A program made the position numbers and the translations under genes. Shown piece by piece: positions 1 through 10,614 of a stretch of DNA of 64,000 nt. The stretch is taken from NCBI GenBank assembly GCA_951406725.2, contig OX597814.1, positions 76,074,001 to 76,138,000 on the forward strand, in the 5' to 3' direction. Each line of letters opens with the position of its first letter. Positions within the stretch are counted from its first letter, which is position 1. The stretch is from Octopus vulgaris (taxonomy: Eukaryota). The notes beneath the pieces were generated by a model. The model saw only the letters and a program-made list of their open reading frames with translations. It was not told the origin of the DNA and made no database searches.

Positions 1-372
1 ATTAAGCATTAAAGATTAAAAATTAAGAATTAAAATTATACTTTGTAATATTAAGAATTAAAATTTATAAATTATACATTATAAATATGAATTAGTAAAT
101 ATATATCAATCATGTAAAATCAAGTATATGTCAAATACAGAAAGTGAGATATAAGATTAAACATCAGAATAAAAATGTCTGTGTTTAAATGTAATATATA
201 ACAAGAAAAATTCAAATACATATCTTCCTTTTTTTGCTGGTACTAAAATGGTGATTTGAGGAAGAAGATAACATGGAACTATAGGTGATTAGTACCAAAA
301 TGGGTAATTACACTATACATAGTTTTAATTTTAAAGTATCCTTTATTATTATTTTCAAATTTACCTATATTG

Positions 373-731
373 GGAGGTATATATAATTTGTTATTATATA
401 ATTTTAGTAATATTTAATTCATATATTTATTTTATTTAAATTATTGCATTATTTTTTTATTTTTTATTTATTTAAAAAAAATTTATTTATGTAGTCTATT
501 CAAGTGCTTTAGAAATAAAATTATGTGGTTATTTGATTCAGGAGTTGGGGGTTCAGTACTTCATTTGACTAAATGTAAAATTACTTTGGTGCTTACATTT
601 AACAATACACTATATAAATAAATTTTTTTTGAATATATAAAAAATAAAAAAATAATGAAATAATTTAAATAAAATAAATATCTGAATTAAATATTACTAA
701 AATTATATAATAACAAATTATATATACCTCC
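373..731. repeat. AT-rich fold-back inverted repeat (arms ~373-492 and ~610-731)
   Basis: GGAGGTATATATAATTTGTTATTATATAATTTTAGTAATATTTAATTC at 373 is the reverse complement of the sequence ending ...TTATATATACCTCC at 731; the match continues with a few mismatches for ~120 bp. Confidence 0.85.
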
Positions 732-949
732 TGAAACACTGCAAGCTATTCAAAAATACAGTAATCACAGCATTAAAATCAGAAGGTGAAATAAAAAATG
801 TAATGTGGAATGTGGTATGCAAACTACCGGTGACCCTTGAAGACATAAAAGGAAATGCAGAAAAGGACAAATTCATAACAGAAATGAAAAGGATACTGTA
901 GACAAGAAAAGGAAATAGGGACTGGACTGATGCAAAACGAAACTAAGAT

Positions 950-1882
950 ATGAACCTATTCTCAATTTGTGATGACGTACAGAGGGTAGTAATACCTGAA
1001 ACATTGCAAAAGAAAATGTTGAGGCAATTCCATGCTAGACATCCTGGTATTTCAAGAATAAAAGCTTTAATGCATAGCTACGTATACTGGTCAAAAATGG
1101 ATAGAGAAATCGAAAATTTAGCAAAAGGTAGCAGAGGATGCGCGCTAGTGACAAAATTACCAACAATGAAAAGTGAACCTTGGCCAAAAGTAGATGTTCC
1201 ATGGTCGAGATTTCATATCAGTTTTGCTGGTTCCTTAAGTGGTTCATACTACTTAGTGGTAGTAGATAGTTTCTCTAAATGGTCTAAAATTTGTAAGAGT
1301 AAAAAGCCAATCTCCTCAAATGCGACAGATTTTCTACACGAGCTGTTTGCAAGATTTAGCGTCCCAGATGCAATAGTGTCTGACAATGGAATGCAATTTG
1401 CATCTTTTGAGTTTAAAAAGTTTTCTAAAACGTTCATTTTAAAACATATAACTATGGTGCCATGCCATCCCAGATCTAATGAACATGCAGAGTACTTTGT
1501 TGATACGTTCAAGAGAACCCTAAGAAAGTTGAATAAGGAAGTTACGGAAGAGGTAACTCTACAACAATTCTTAAGAGTATACCATGTGACAGCAAATCCA
1601 AATACACCAGCAGGTATTTCATCAGCAGGTGTGCCACCAGCAGAGCTGATGTTTGTGAGGAAAATAAAATCAGTCTTCAACAAATTACTACCTGGTAAGA
1701 AAAGAAAAATTGAATTGGATAATACAGCAAGATATTTCAAAACTGGTGAAAATGTATTTGTTAGGGCATATAAGAACAGAAAACAAAGTTGGGAAGATGG
1801 CATGATTACCAAATGCATAAGGAAAATGCTATACTTGGTAAAAAGTAGAAAAAGTGTATACAAGAGACATGGAACCAACTGA
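950..1882 (+). pseudogene. Retroviral-type (gypsy) integrase, decayed
   Basis: rve-like core; the first catalytic Asp appears substituted ('FHISFAG') and the HHCC cysteines are partly lost ('GSRGC'). Confidence 0.88.
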
Positions 1883-2174
1883 AAAAAAAGATTCGTTGAG
1901 AGCAAACCCAAGAAAATGAAAGAACCAATGGAATGGTTATATGGTACTTTTCAAGGACCTACTCCACTACGAATAACTGAACTCAGATGCACAAGTGAAA
2001 GAAAAAGAAAATGTATGGAATTCCTGGAATTGGATGCCAAATGAAAAAATATTAAATCAGTAAACGTTTGGAAAAAATAACTCAAAAAAGGAAGGTGGGG
2101 TGATGTAAAAATTATTGCTAATAAGAGAAATAAAATTACACAGTCTAAGAAAAAGAAAAACTTAAAAGGGGAGA

Positions 2175-2352
2175 TGTTATGGGTATAATAGTAATAATGG
2201 AATACCCCTCCCATGTGATGAGTGCTATGTGCTAGTCAGTACAAATACTGTGATGTAGGGAGCTGAGTGAGTGTCAGTCAAGTAGACGGTCATTAGATAG
2301 TCGTGTCTTACCTCTCTAACTATACTGCTATACCAGAGTGGACGCTATAACA
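2175..2352 (+). repeat. 3' LTR of the gypsy element (178 bp)
   Basis: Starts TGTTAT immediately after the PPT and ends ATAACA (TG...CA terminal inverted repeat). Confidence 0.75.
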
Positions 2353-2477
2353 GTCCAACATTGGATCATAACAATAATAAGCCTTCAAAAGAGTAAAAAA
2401 GAGAGAAAGACAGAAAAAAGGAAAATGTCCCTTGTAGTTGAAAACTATGGAAATATTTTTAAAAACATTTCATTCGC

Positions 2478-2862
2478 TTGAATGTTTTTTCATGTGTCAC
2501 CAGCACAAGTGCCAGTAAGGCAATGCAGGTAACGATCACACTTGAATGGTGCTTTTTACGTGCCCATCAGCATGGAGGCCAACTTGTTGCTCTGGCAACA
2601 ATCACACTCGTATGGTACTCTTAGCGCTCCACTAGCACAGATGCCAATCATCGGATTTGATTTCAATTTCGATTTCACTTGCCTCAACAGGTCTTCACAA
2701 GCAGAGTTTAGTGTCCAATGAAGGAAAGGTACGCATAAATGGGCTGGTTACACCTCTGGCATAGGCCACAAGATTATTTTCTCACTTGAGCTTGCTGAGT
2801 CTTCTGAAGTACAGCATATTTCCAAAGGTCCAGGTCACTAGTTATTGCCTCGGTGAGGCCCA
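2478..2862 (-). mobile_element. RTE LINE 3' fragment
   Basis: Collinear with 10780-11145 (e.g. GCAGAGTTTAGTGTCCAAT, CAGCATATTTCCAAAGGT), the 3' end and UTR of the RTE copy at 10615-12667. Confidence 0.85.
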
Positions 2863-2905
<43 letters not shown>

Positions 2906-2906
<1 letters not shown>

Positions 2907-4148
2907 GAAGAGATACCCAAAAGAAACTGGAATTTTGCAATATTATTTTATTCACTTAGTTTTACATGTTTACCTTTTTATCACCTTCAAAGTATTCTCC
3001 ATTTGAAGCAGTGCATCAGTTCTGATGATTTTCCACTATTTGAAGCAGTGCTGGAACTCTTGTAAAGTGATGCCTTTTAACGCTTCCGTCATTTTTTTCT
3101 TCACTACTTCCAAATCTGCAAAATATTTTCCTTTAAGGACAATTTTCATTCAGAGGAACAAAAGAAGCTGCAAGAACAAGATCAGGTGAATAGAGAGTGT
3201 GGGTAAGTGGGATCATGCCATTTTTGGTCAAAAACTCTCTCTCACACTCAAAGCGGCATGCACAGGAGTATTGTTGTGATGAAACCACCACTCTACACTA
3301 TGTTGTCTCACTGTGTCTTACAAACGCTTCAGAACTTCCAAGTAAAATGTCTGTGTGGACAAATTCTTTTGCATTAATGAAGCAAATCAGCATCGTCTTT
3401 ACATTGGACTTCACTCGACATGCTTTTTTGGGATGTGGTGATATTCCATTGACTTGAATACTGCTTCGTTTCTGGGTCATAGCCATAGCACCAGCTTTTG
3501 ATACCAGTGATGACCTTCGAAAAAAGGTCCAGATCAACTTCCAGCTCTTCTTTCAGTTCACAACATGCATTCTGTCTTGACTGCTTTTGATCTTCCATGA
3601 GCAAGCAAGGCACAAATTTTGCTGCAACTTTTTGCATTCGCAATTCCTCACTCAAAATTCATTGGCAGGAGCGCCAGGACACACCAGTCATATCAACAAG
3701 TTCGTCAATTGTTGTGACAGTCCTTCAAGATCAGTTCCTGAATTTTTGCGATGATTTCATTTGTTTGGGAGGTTAACAGTCACCTTGAATGAGGTTGGTC
3801 TTTAAGTGACAAGTGACCATTTCTAAAAGTATGGAAACCACTCACATTTGTGTTTTGCTCATGGCTCTGTCCTTTTAAGCTATTTTGAAGCATGACAACT
3901 GTTTCAGTCACCGTTTTCCTCAACCTAAAACAGAATTTCATGGAAGCACACTGTTTCTTCATTTCAGCCATCACAAAAATCAATGAACAAGCAAGAAGCA
4001 CTGCAAAACAATGATGCATCACTGGATGACACTAGTCGGTAGACTGATGCCTGAGGGTCACATCAAGTGGCTTCTAGCAGCAAAAGTCTGAACTACAACT
4101 GGCTTGCTCAACAGATAACGTTTCCAGTTACTTTTGGGTACCTCTTCA
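2906..4148 (-). mobile_element. Tc1/mariner DNA transposon, full length, decayed transposase
   Basis: TIRs CGAAGAGATACCCAAAAGAAACTGGAA and TTCCAGTTACTTTTGGGTACCTCTTCA with TA on both sides. Minus-strand fragments include 'MKFCFRLRKTVTET', 'AKFVPCLL', 'ITGIKSWCYGYDPETKQYS' and 'KSNVKTMLICF'. Confidence 0.93.
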
Positions 4149-4569
4149 TATATATATAAAACAAAGTATAAATAATGGTCATCATCATCATTTAGTGTCC
4201 ATTGTCCATGCTGGCATGGGTTGGACGGTTTGACTAGGCTGGCATGCTGGAAGGCTGTGCCAGAATCCAGTCTGATTTAGCTTGGTTTTCTACAGCTGGA
4301 TGCCCTTAGTTGTTTCCAGTAGTCATTGTAGGTTCATTACGGATAGGTCTCTCAATTGGTCCATTGATCAGTTGAGAAAAGTTGAACAACCTAAAAGATT
4401 AATACTACTTTCATCAGATCCATTTCTGGTTATAATCTCAGACCTTACCATAAGAGATTTTTACTAATCTAAACAATATTGTTAGCCTGATGGGCCAACA
4501 GAGAGCTTATGAAATATTTTTCCCAGATTGATAATCTCTCACCAATAACTTTATATGTATTTTTACATT

Positions 4570-4920
4570 TTTCAAGCATTTGACTGTGGCCATATTAGAC
4601 TACTGCCTTAAAGGATTCTAGCCACAGCAACCAGCCCCAGGTCATTCATTGTAAGCCTAGTACTTATTCCATCAGTCTCTTTTGCCGAACCACTAAGTTA
4701 CAGGGACATAAACGCACCAACATTGGTGGGGGGGGACAAAGACAAGCATACATAGATATATACACATATAAACGATAGGCTTCTACCAAATCCACTCATA
4801 AGGCTTTGGTCAACCCAAGGCTATAGTAGAAGATACTTGCCCAAGGTGTCATGCAGTGGGACTGAATCCAGAATCATGTGGTTTGGAAGCAAGCTTCTTA
4901 CTACACAGCCATGCCTGCAC
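4570..4920 (-). mobile_element. tRNA-derived SINE, family 2 (other copies ~5650-5960, 13980-14130, 14555-14700, 27430-27832, 50070-50500, 52683-53070, 61040-61480)
   Basis: Recurrent unit GGCTGTGTGGTAAG...GGTTCAGTCCCACTGC (A/B-box-like head) followed by CCTTGGGCAAGTGTCTTCTACTATAGCC, seen in many copies in the window. Confidence 0.8.
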
Positions 4921-4949
4921 CTATATATATACATATATATAAATATATA

Positions 4950-5232
4950 TATAATAATGGTGGTGGTCTATTCCATATGCAGAGTCTGTCCACCTTCTGT
5001 ACCTACACCTTAGAACCATCATGGCGTCTGATGTGGCTTTTAAAACCAGACAATGTTTTAAAAAGACACCCACATAAATTGCATATCTGATTTGGACCAC
5101 CAAGAGCTGCAGTTAAGTTCTGATCTTTGTGGATCTTAAAATGTCTTTTGAGGCCTCCATTAAATTTGAAGACCTTATGGCATACATGGCATTGAAAGAC
5201 ATATAGGTAGAATAGCTGGTGGAAATTCGTTT
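4950..5232 (-). mobile_element. 3' end of a LINE (RTE-like) encoding two C2H2 zinc fingers
   Basis: Hand translation of the minus strand, in a frame not in the ORF track: FQCHVCHKVFKFNGGLKRHFKIH...QICNLCGCLFKTLSGFKSHIRRHDGSKV*, followed by a short UTR and a simple-repeat tail. Confidence 0.7.
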
Positions 5233-5297
5233 TTCATATATATGTATGTATATATATATATATATATCATCATCATCATCATCATTATCATCATCAA

Positions 5298-5578
5298 TAA
5301 ATCACAAATCTGAAAGAGAAACACACTCTAAGTTATACAGCAGTAGAGTATTTAGAGAATGTTAGTTATGCCTGGTTCATAGGCTTACCCAGAGTTTCAC
5401 ATCCATAAAGTGCTTAGCTTTACACACGTCTCATCAGACCCTAATGGCCAGTGGCCATTAGGGCTTGATGAGACACGGGCCATGAAAGTTTGATGAGAGA
5501 TTTTTAAAGATAAGTGCTTTATGGATGCGCAGCCCTGTGTAACCCTATGAACTGCCATAACTAACATTCACTAAATAC
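5298..5578. mobile_element. Fold-back PLE-type element, family F1 (copy 1)
   Basis: Palindrome centred on TAATGGCCA-G-TGGCCATTA (5451). The left tail ACAAATCTGAAAGAGAAACACACTCTAAG is shared with the 24.6 kb element. Confidence 0.8.
5380..5443 (-). ncRNA. Type I hammerhead ribozyme motif (core intact)
   Basis: Minus strand reads TAGGGT-CTGATGA-[stem II with TAAAG/CTTTA]-GAAA-CT ctg GG-TA-AGCCTA. The plus-strand mirror at 5459-5567 is degenerate (TTGATGA, GCAG). Confidence 0.75.
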
Positions 5579-7314
5579 ACACACACTCACACTCACACAC
5601 ACTCACACACACTCACACACACACACACCTCTTACCTTTTATATGTGTCAGTTGCTAGTCTTGCTGGGGCACTGCTTTGAAGAATTTTAGTCAAATGAAT
5701 GGACCGCTGTTCTTATTTTTTTAAAGCCTGGTATTTATTCTATCAGTCTCTTTTGTGGAACCACTAAGTAATGGGGGGTGTAAACAAATCAACACACATA
5801 CATATATATTCAACAGGCTTATTTCAGTTTCTGTCCACTAAATCCACTTACAAAGCTTTGGTTGCTCCAGACTATAGTAGAAGATACTTGCCTCGGTGTC
5901 ACACAGTGGGGTTAAACCCAGAACCATATGGTTGAGAAACAAACTCTTTACCACACAGCTACTTAAATTTTTTATCAATATATCCCAACTAACAGCTACA
6001 ATTGCAGACATTTTCATTTTCCTTTTTCATTTTTCTTCTAATTGATACTACGCTGGTTGCAAATTCTTTAATGATTTCAATTTACTAAACCTTTCAAAAT
6101 GTCTCACCACAAGAATTTTATTATAATTTTCCATATGAGGAAATAAAATTGAAAAAATAAGAAAGTAACTGAAAATTATTCTTTAAAGCAAGAACATTCT
6201 AAAAACTTAAACCTTTAAAAGACTAGAAGAAATGAAATAGTTGTTTTAATACCTGTGAAGTTGTACAAAAGGATGAATAAATTCAGAATCTGCAAATGTT
6301 AGGAAGATATTTCAAGGAACATTAGAATACTTAATTTACTATTATTATTATAACTTTATCTTTACTCTCAACAACAATACACACACATACAAATATAGAG
6401 AGAGGGTGGGGGAGAGGAGAGAGGAGGGACAGAGGGGCGACAGGGGAGGAAGAGAGAGGAGGAGCAGAGGAAGGGAGGGAGGGGAGAGAGAGAGATTAAA
6501 ATAAAAATGTAAAAGCAAAACGTGTGGTATCACTCAAAAAAGACATTTAATTTAGAGAGAGAGAGAGTATATCTCGCCACCTCTGAAAGGCAGTCTCAAC
6601 ATCACACTTTCGGTGGTAGAATTTTAGTGATAAACCAAACTGAGCACTCATAGTACATACCTATTACATTATATCAGTTGACAAAAACTCCTTATATATT
6701 CTATATATATATATATATAGTTTATCTGTTTAAAAACTCTTGTCTCATGTGTTTCCTTTCCATTCCATTCCTTCGCCAAATGATGTTGTGATGCTAAGCT
6801 AAGATTTTCTCGTTTTTTTTTTCCTTCATACTTCATTTGCCATTAACACTTTAATTATATTATTTACTAACTACTAACAGCTTGTTTTCATGAGCTAACC
6901 ATTGAAAATGTCCCCTCAAAAAATATAATTTTATCTCTCATGTAATTTCATTAAGATAATTACTCGTTTCTTCATCTGTTTAATCTCATTCTTATGACCA
7001 TTATTTTTGTCCTTCTGTCCCCAAACCAAACTGTGCTTGTTCGCAGTGCACCCGCCCTTTCCCACCCCCACCACCAATACCAGATATCTCTATCTTCCCA
7101 CCACCAATACTGAATATCTTTATCTTCCCACCATTTACACCGGATATCCCTTCTTCCACCACCATTACCCCGTGGCTATTCTCCCAACCCCTCATCCTCA
7201 CTGCGCTGTTCTCTATATATTACCTGTACTTCTCTCTCTCCTAGGACAAATGCAATCAGTCCAGCTGCTCATCCACCCACCCACTTAACTGGCTATCTTA
7301 CATTTTGTTCTGTA

Positions 7315-9048
7315 AGAGAAATACCTAGCTAAAGATAAATCCCTATACTTAGCTTTTGTGGACTTGGAGAAAGCCTTTGACAGGATCCTCCAATCCCTTA
7401 ACACGGTGGGCGATGCAGAAACTGGAGATTAACAAATGGTTAATAAGGGCTGTACAGGCCCTATACAGAGAGGCTGTTAGTAAAGTTAGGATTGGCAATG
7501 AGTATAGTGAAGAAGTAGGGGTCCACCAAGGTTCATCCTTCAGTTCCCTCTTATTCATCATAGTCCTCCAGGCAATAACAGAGGAATTCAAGACAGGATG
7601 ACCCTGGGAGCTCCTCTATGCTGATGACCTGGCCATCTTACCAGAATCCCTACCAGAACTAGAGGAGTTTCAGGTGTGGAAGCAAGGATTAGAATCGAAG
7701 GGCCTTAGAGTCAACCTAGCTAAAACCAAAGTCCTAATAAGTAGGAAGGCAAACTCATCACACACCCCTTCAGGTAGGTGGCCCTGCTCAATCTGTAGAA
7801 AAGGTGTAGGTAGAAACTCTATAAGATGTACCCAGTGTAAGCTATGGACATATAAGAGGTATAGCAACATCAAAGGAAGATTAACTGAGAAGATAGCTTT
7901 TGTGTGCGGCAGATACACAGGGGCAATAAACACCACAGATGCTCAGAAAACAGATTGCATCACACTCCAGGGGGAGAAACTAGAAGTAGTTGATAGCTTC
8001 CACTACATAGGTGACCAAGTTAGTAGTGGTGGGGGGATGCTCAGAGAGTGTTACCACCAGAAAAAAAATAGCCTGGGAAAAATTTAGAAAGCTTCTACCC
8101 CTACTGGTGACAAAGGGCCTCTCACTCAGAGTGAAAGGTAGATTGTACAATGCATGTGTGTGAATGGGCCATGACTGTGGAGAACATGCGTAGGCTCAAA
8201 AGAAATGAAGCTAGCATGATCTACTGGACATTTAATGTCAGTGTGCACACACAACAGAGTGTAAGCACCCTGAGAGAAATGTTGGACATAAAAAGCGTTG
8301 GATCTGGTGTGCAAGAGAGATGTTTGTGCTGGCATGGTCATGTACAATGGATGGATGAGGAGAGATGTGTGAAGAAGTTCCACTCCCAAACAGCTGAAGG
8401 AATCTGGGGTAGAGGTAGACCTAGAAAGACATGGGATCAGGTGGTCAAGCATGACCTTCAAACATTGGGCCTCACAGAGGCAATGACGAAAGACCGAGAC
8501 CTCTGGAGATATGCTGTGACTGCAAAGACCCGACAAATGAAGTGAGTTCACGACTGTATCCTACACCAGTTTTGCATAACCGGCCCCAGCCCATTCAAAA
8601 GTACCTTGAATCGTAGGACGACCTGCTATGCTTCCTTACCTTGGATCGTAGGGTGCCCTTCTGTGCTTGAGGAGACCTACTGAGTCAAGTACATCAACAT
8701 CAAAATAAAAATCAAATGGAAATTGTAGCTGTGATATTTGTGCTAGTGGCACGTGAAAAGCACCATCTGAATATGGCTAGCGCCGCCTTGACTGGTTTCC
8801 ATGCCATTGGCACACAAAAAGCACTAACCAATTGTGGCCGTTGCCAGCCTCCTCTGGCCCCTGTGCCGGTGGCACATAAAAAGCATCCATTACACTCACG
8901 GAGTGGTTGGCATTAGGAAGGGCATCCAGCTGTAGAAACACTGCCAGATCAGACTGGAGCCTGGTGCAGTCTCCTGGCTTCCCAGATCCCGGTCGATTTG
9001 TCCAACCCATGCTAGTATGGAAAACAGACGTTAAATGATTATGATGAT
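7315..9048 (+). mobile_element. RTE LINE, 5'-truncated and frameshifted
   Basis: RT fragments 'GVHQGSSFSSLLF', ELLYADD (7608-7628) and 'GRGRPRKTWDQVVKHDL', then a 3' UTR ending in a (GAT)n-like tail. Confidence 0.92.
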
Positions 9049-9547
9049 TACATGGAAAATTGCAAGCATGAAAAGTAATATTCTTAAGAAAAGTACAGGA
9101 CAAGTTATTACACCTGGAAAAGTATAGGACAAGCTATTACTTCTAGTAAAGAATAAGAAACTTTTTACTTAAAATATTGCAGCAAAGAATGCCACTTCTA
9201 ATATATCACTCTTTACAGTTCTAATCTTTTAAATTTATTGTACAAAGCTGTTTGTCTAATTTGTAAGTTTGTCTAATTAGTTACTTTTTTCTGTATTTAA
9301 GGTAGTAAATTAGCCAAATTCTATTTAAATAAGTATTGTGTTATTTGTAAACTATAATAAAATAATTTTTAATATTCAAATCTTAATTTTAGCTGCAATG
9401 TTTTAAGTAAAACGTTTCTTATTCTTTACTTTACTAGAAGTAATAGCTTGTCCTATACTCTTACAAGTGTAATAACTTGTCCTATACTTTTCCAGGTTTA
9501 TAATCTTAAGAATATTACTTTTCATGCTCACATTTTTCCATGTAATC
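9046..9547. mobile_element. MITE-like element with ~140-160 bp inverted arms
   Basis: GATTACATGGAAAA...GCATGAAAAGTAATATTCTTAAG is mirrored by CTTAAGAATATTACTTTTCATGC...TTTTCCATGTAATC; both arms carry internal AGTATAGGACAAG sub-repeats. Confidence 0.8.
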
Positions 9548-10614
9548 CATGATTTTTCCAGGCATTGCTGTTATAAGATAATTAATAATGTGTCAATTAA
9601 TAATTTAAGATTTTAACTTTAAAAATACTGATAGATAATATTTCAATTTTTTTCATGTTTAATTTAAATATATGTTGTGATTCAATTATCTGATATTACC
9701 CATCCACACCAAATTGATGGCAGGGAATTTTACTCACCAAAAGTTACAAACAACAAGACCCCCAAACCATCAGTTACCAGGCTCACCTTAAGTAACCTAG
9801 ATTTTGAGTTAGGGATAATAAATAGCATTGACTGCTGCTAATCTAGATCTGTCAATAATTATTCAATACAACAGTAATTATAAAAGCATATCAGATATAC
9901 ACAAGTTAAAATTACCTACATCCAATTAATATAAATTTGATTTATGAAAAATCCATTTTAATTAATTTTGAAATTTAAAAAGTAAATTTAGAATATAAGC
10001 ACTTTTAACCAATGCCTTTTCTGGACAACCTTACTACATGCCTTCAGGTCTGCCCATAGAGACACAGCCAAAAATGACTATATTCCTGCCTCAATAAATT
10101 TAGATACACATATCTGAAACATATAACATATTAATGAACTAGCCTGATTAAATAATTAACTAAAAAGAAAAGGAAAGCAACTAAAAAGAAAAGCAAACAA
10201 AGCAGAAAGCAATTTAATTAAAGCTGAAAGAGAGCATTAATAATAAAAATTAAACTTACCCTAATTCAACAGCATATTAAAAATAACTCCATGAAATACT
10301 TAATTAAAAAATAAAATATACGAAACGTAAAGTCGACCTCAGTGGAATTTGAACTCAGAATAAATATACAGACTAAATACTACTAAGTATTTCACCCAGT
10401 ACACTAACATTTCTGCCAACTCACCACATTAGAAACTTACTCATTTTAGAAATATATTCTTATCTTAACATTATAGCTTGGGGCATTGCTTCTTACTTCC
10501 TCACTTACTGACTTAAAATTTTATTACATTTCACCTCATAACTTTTTTTCTACTGAACCAAATCTCAAACTATTTATGCCAAAGTGTAGTGGAGGAAGTG
10601 TCCTCTTTAGCCCT

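Larger units (their letters stand above)
733..2352 (+). mobile_element. Ty3/gypsy LTR retrotransposon 3' portion (degenerate integrase, PPT, 3' LTR)
   Basis: ORF 950-1882 has integrase features: H..HPG zinc-binding remnant, 'YYLVVVDSFSKW', 'IVSDNGMQF', 'HPRSNEHAE'. A polypurine tract AAAAGGGGAGA directly precedes the LTR. Confidence 0.92.

Noticed and set aside
1-730. Mitochondrial control-region insertion (NUMT)
   Set aside because: Only AT-richness supports it; no recognisable mitochondrial tRNA or gene sequence.
1249-1911. 220-aa minus-strand ORF and similar antisense ORFs over the RTE and Dong elements
   Set aside because: Shadow frames of transposon coding sequence.
4484-4520. CTGATGG...GAAA as a hammerhead
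   Set aside because: Core mismatch and no supporting stems I or III.
7068-7135. 30-bp tandem repeat (CCCACCACCAATAC...TATCTT, ~2.3 copies)
   Set aside because: Real but a trivial minisatellite with no further structure.
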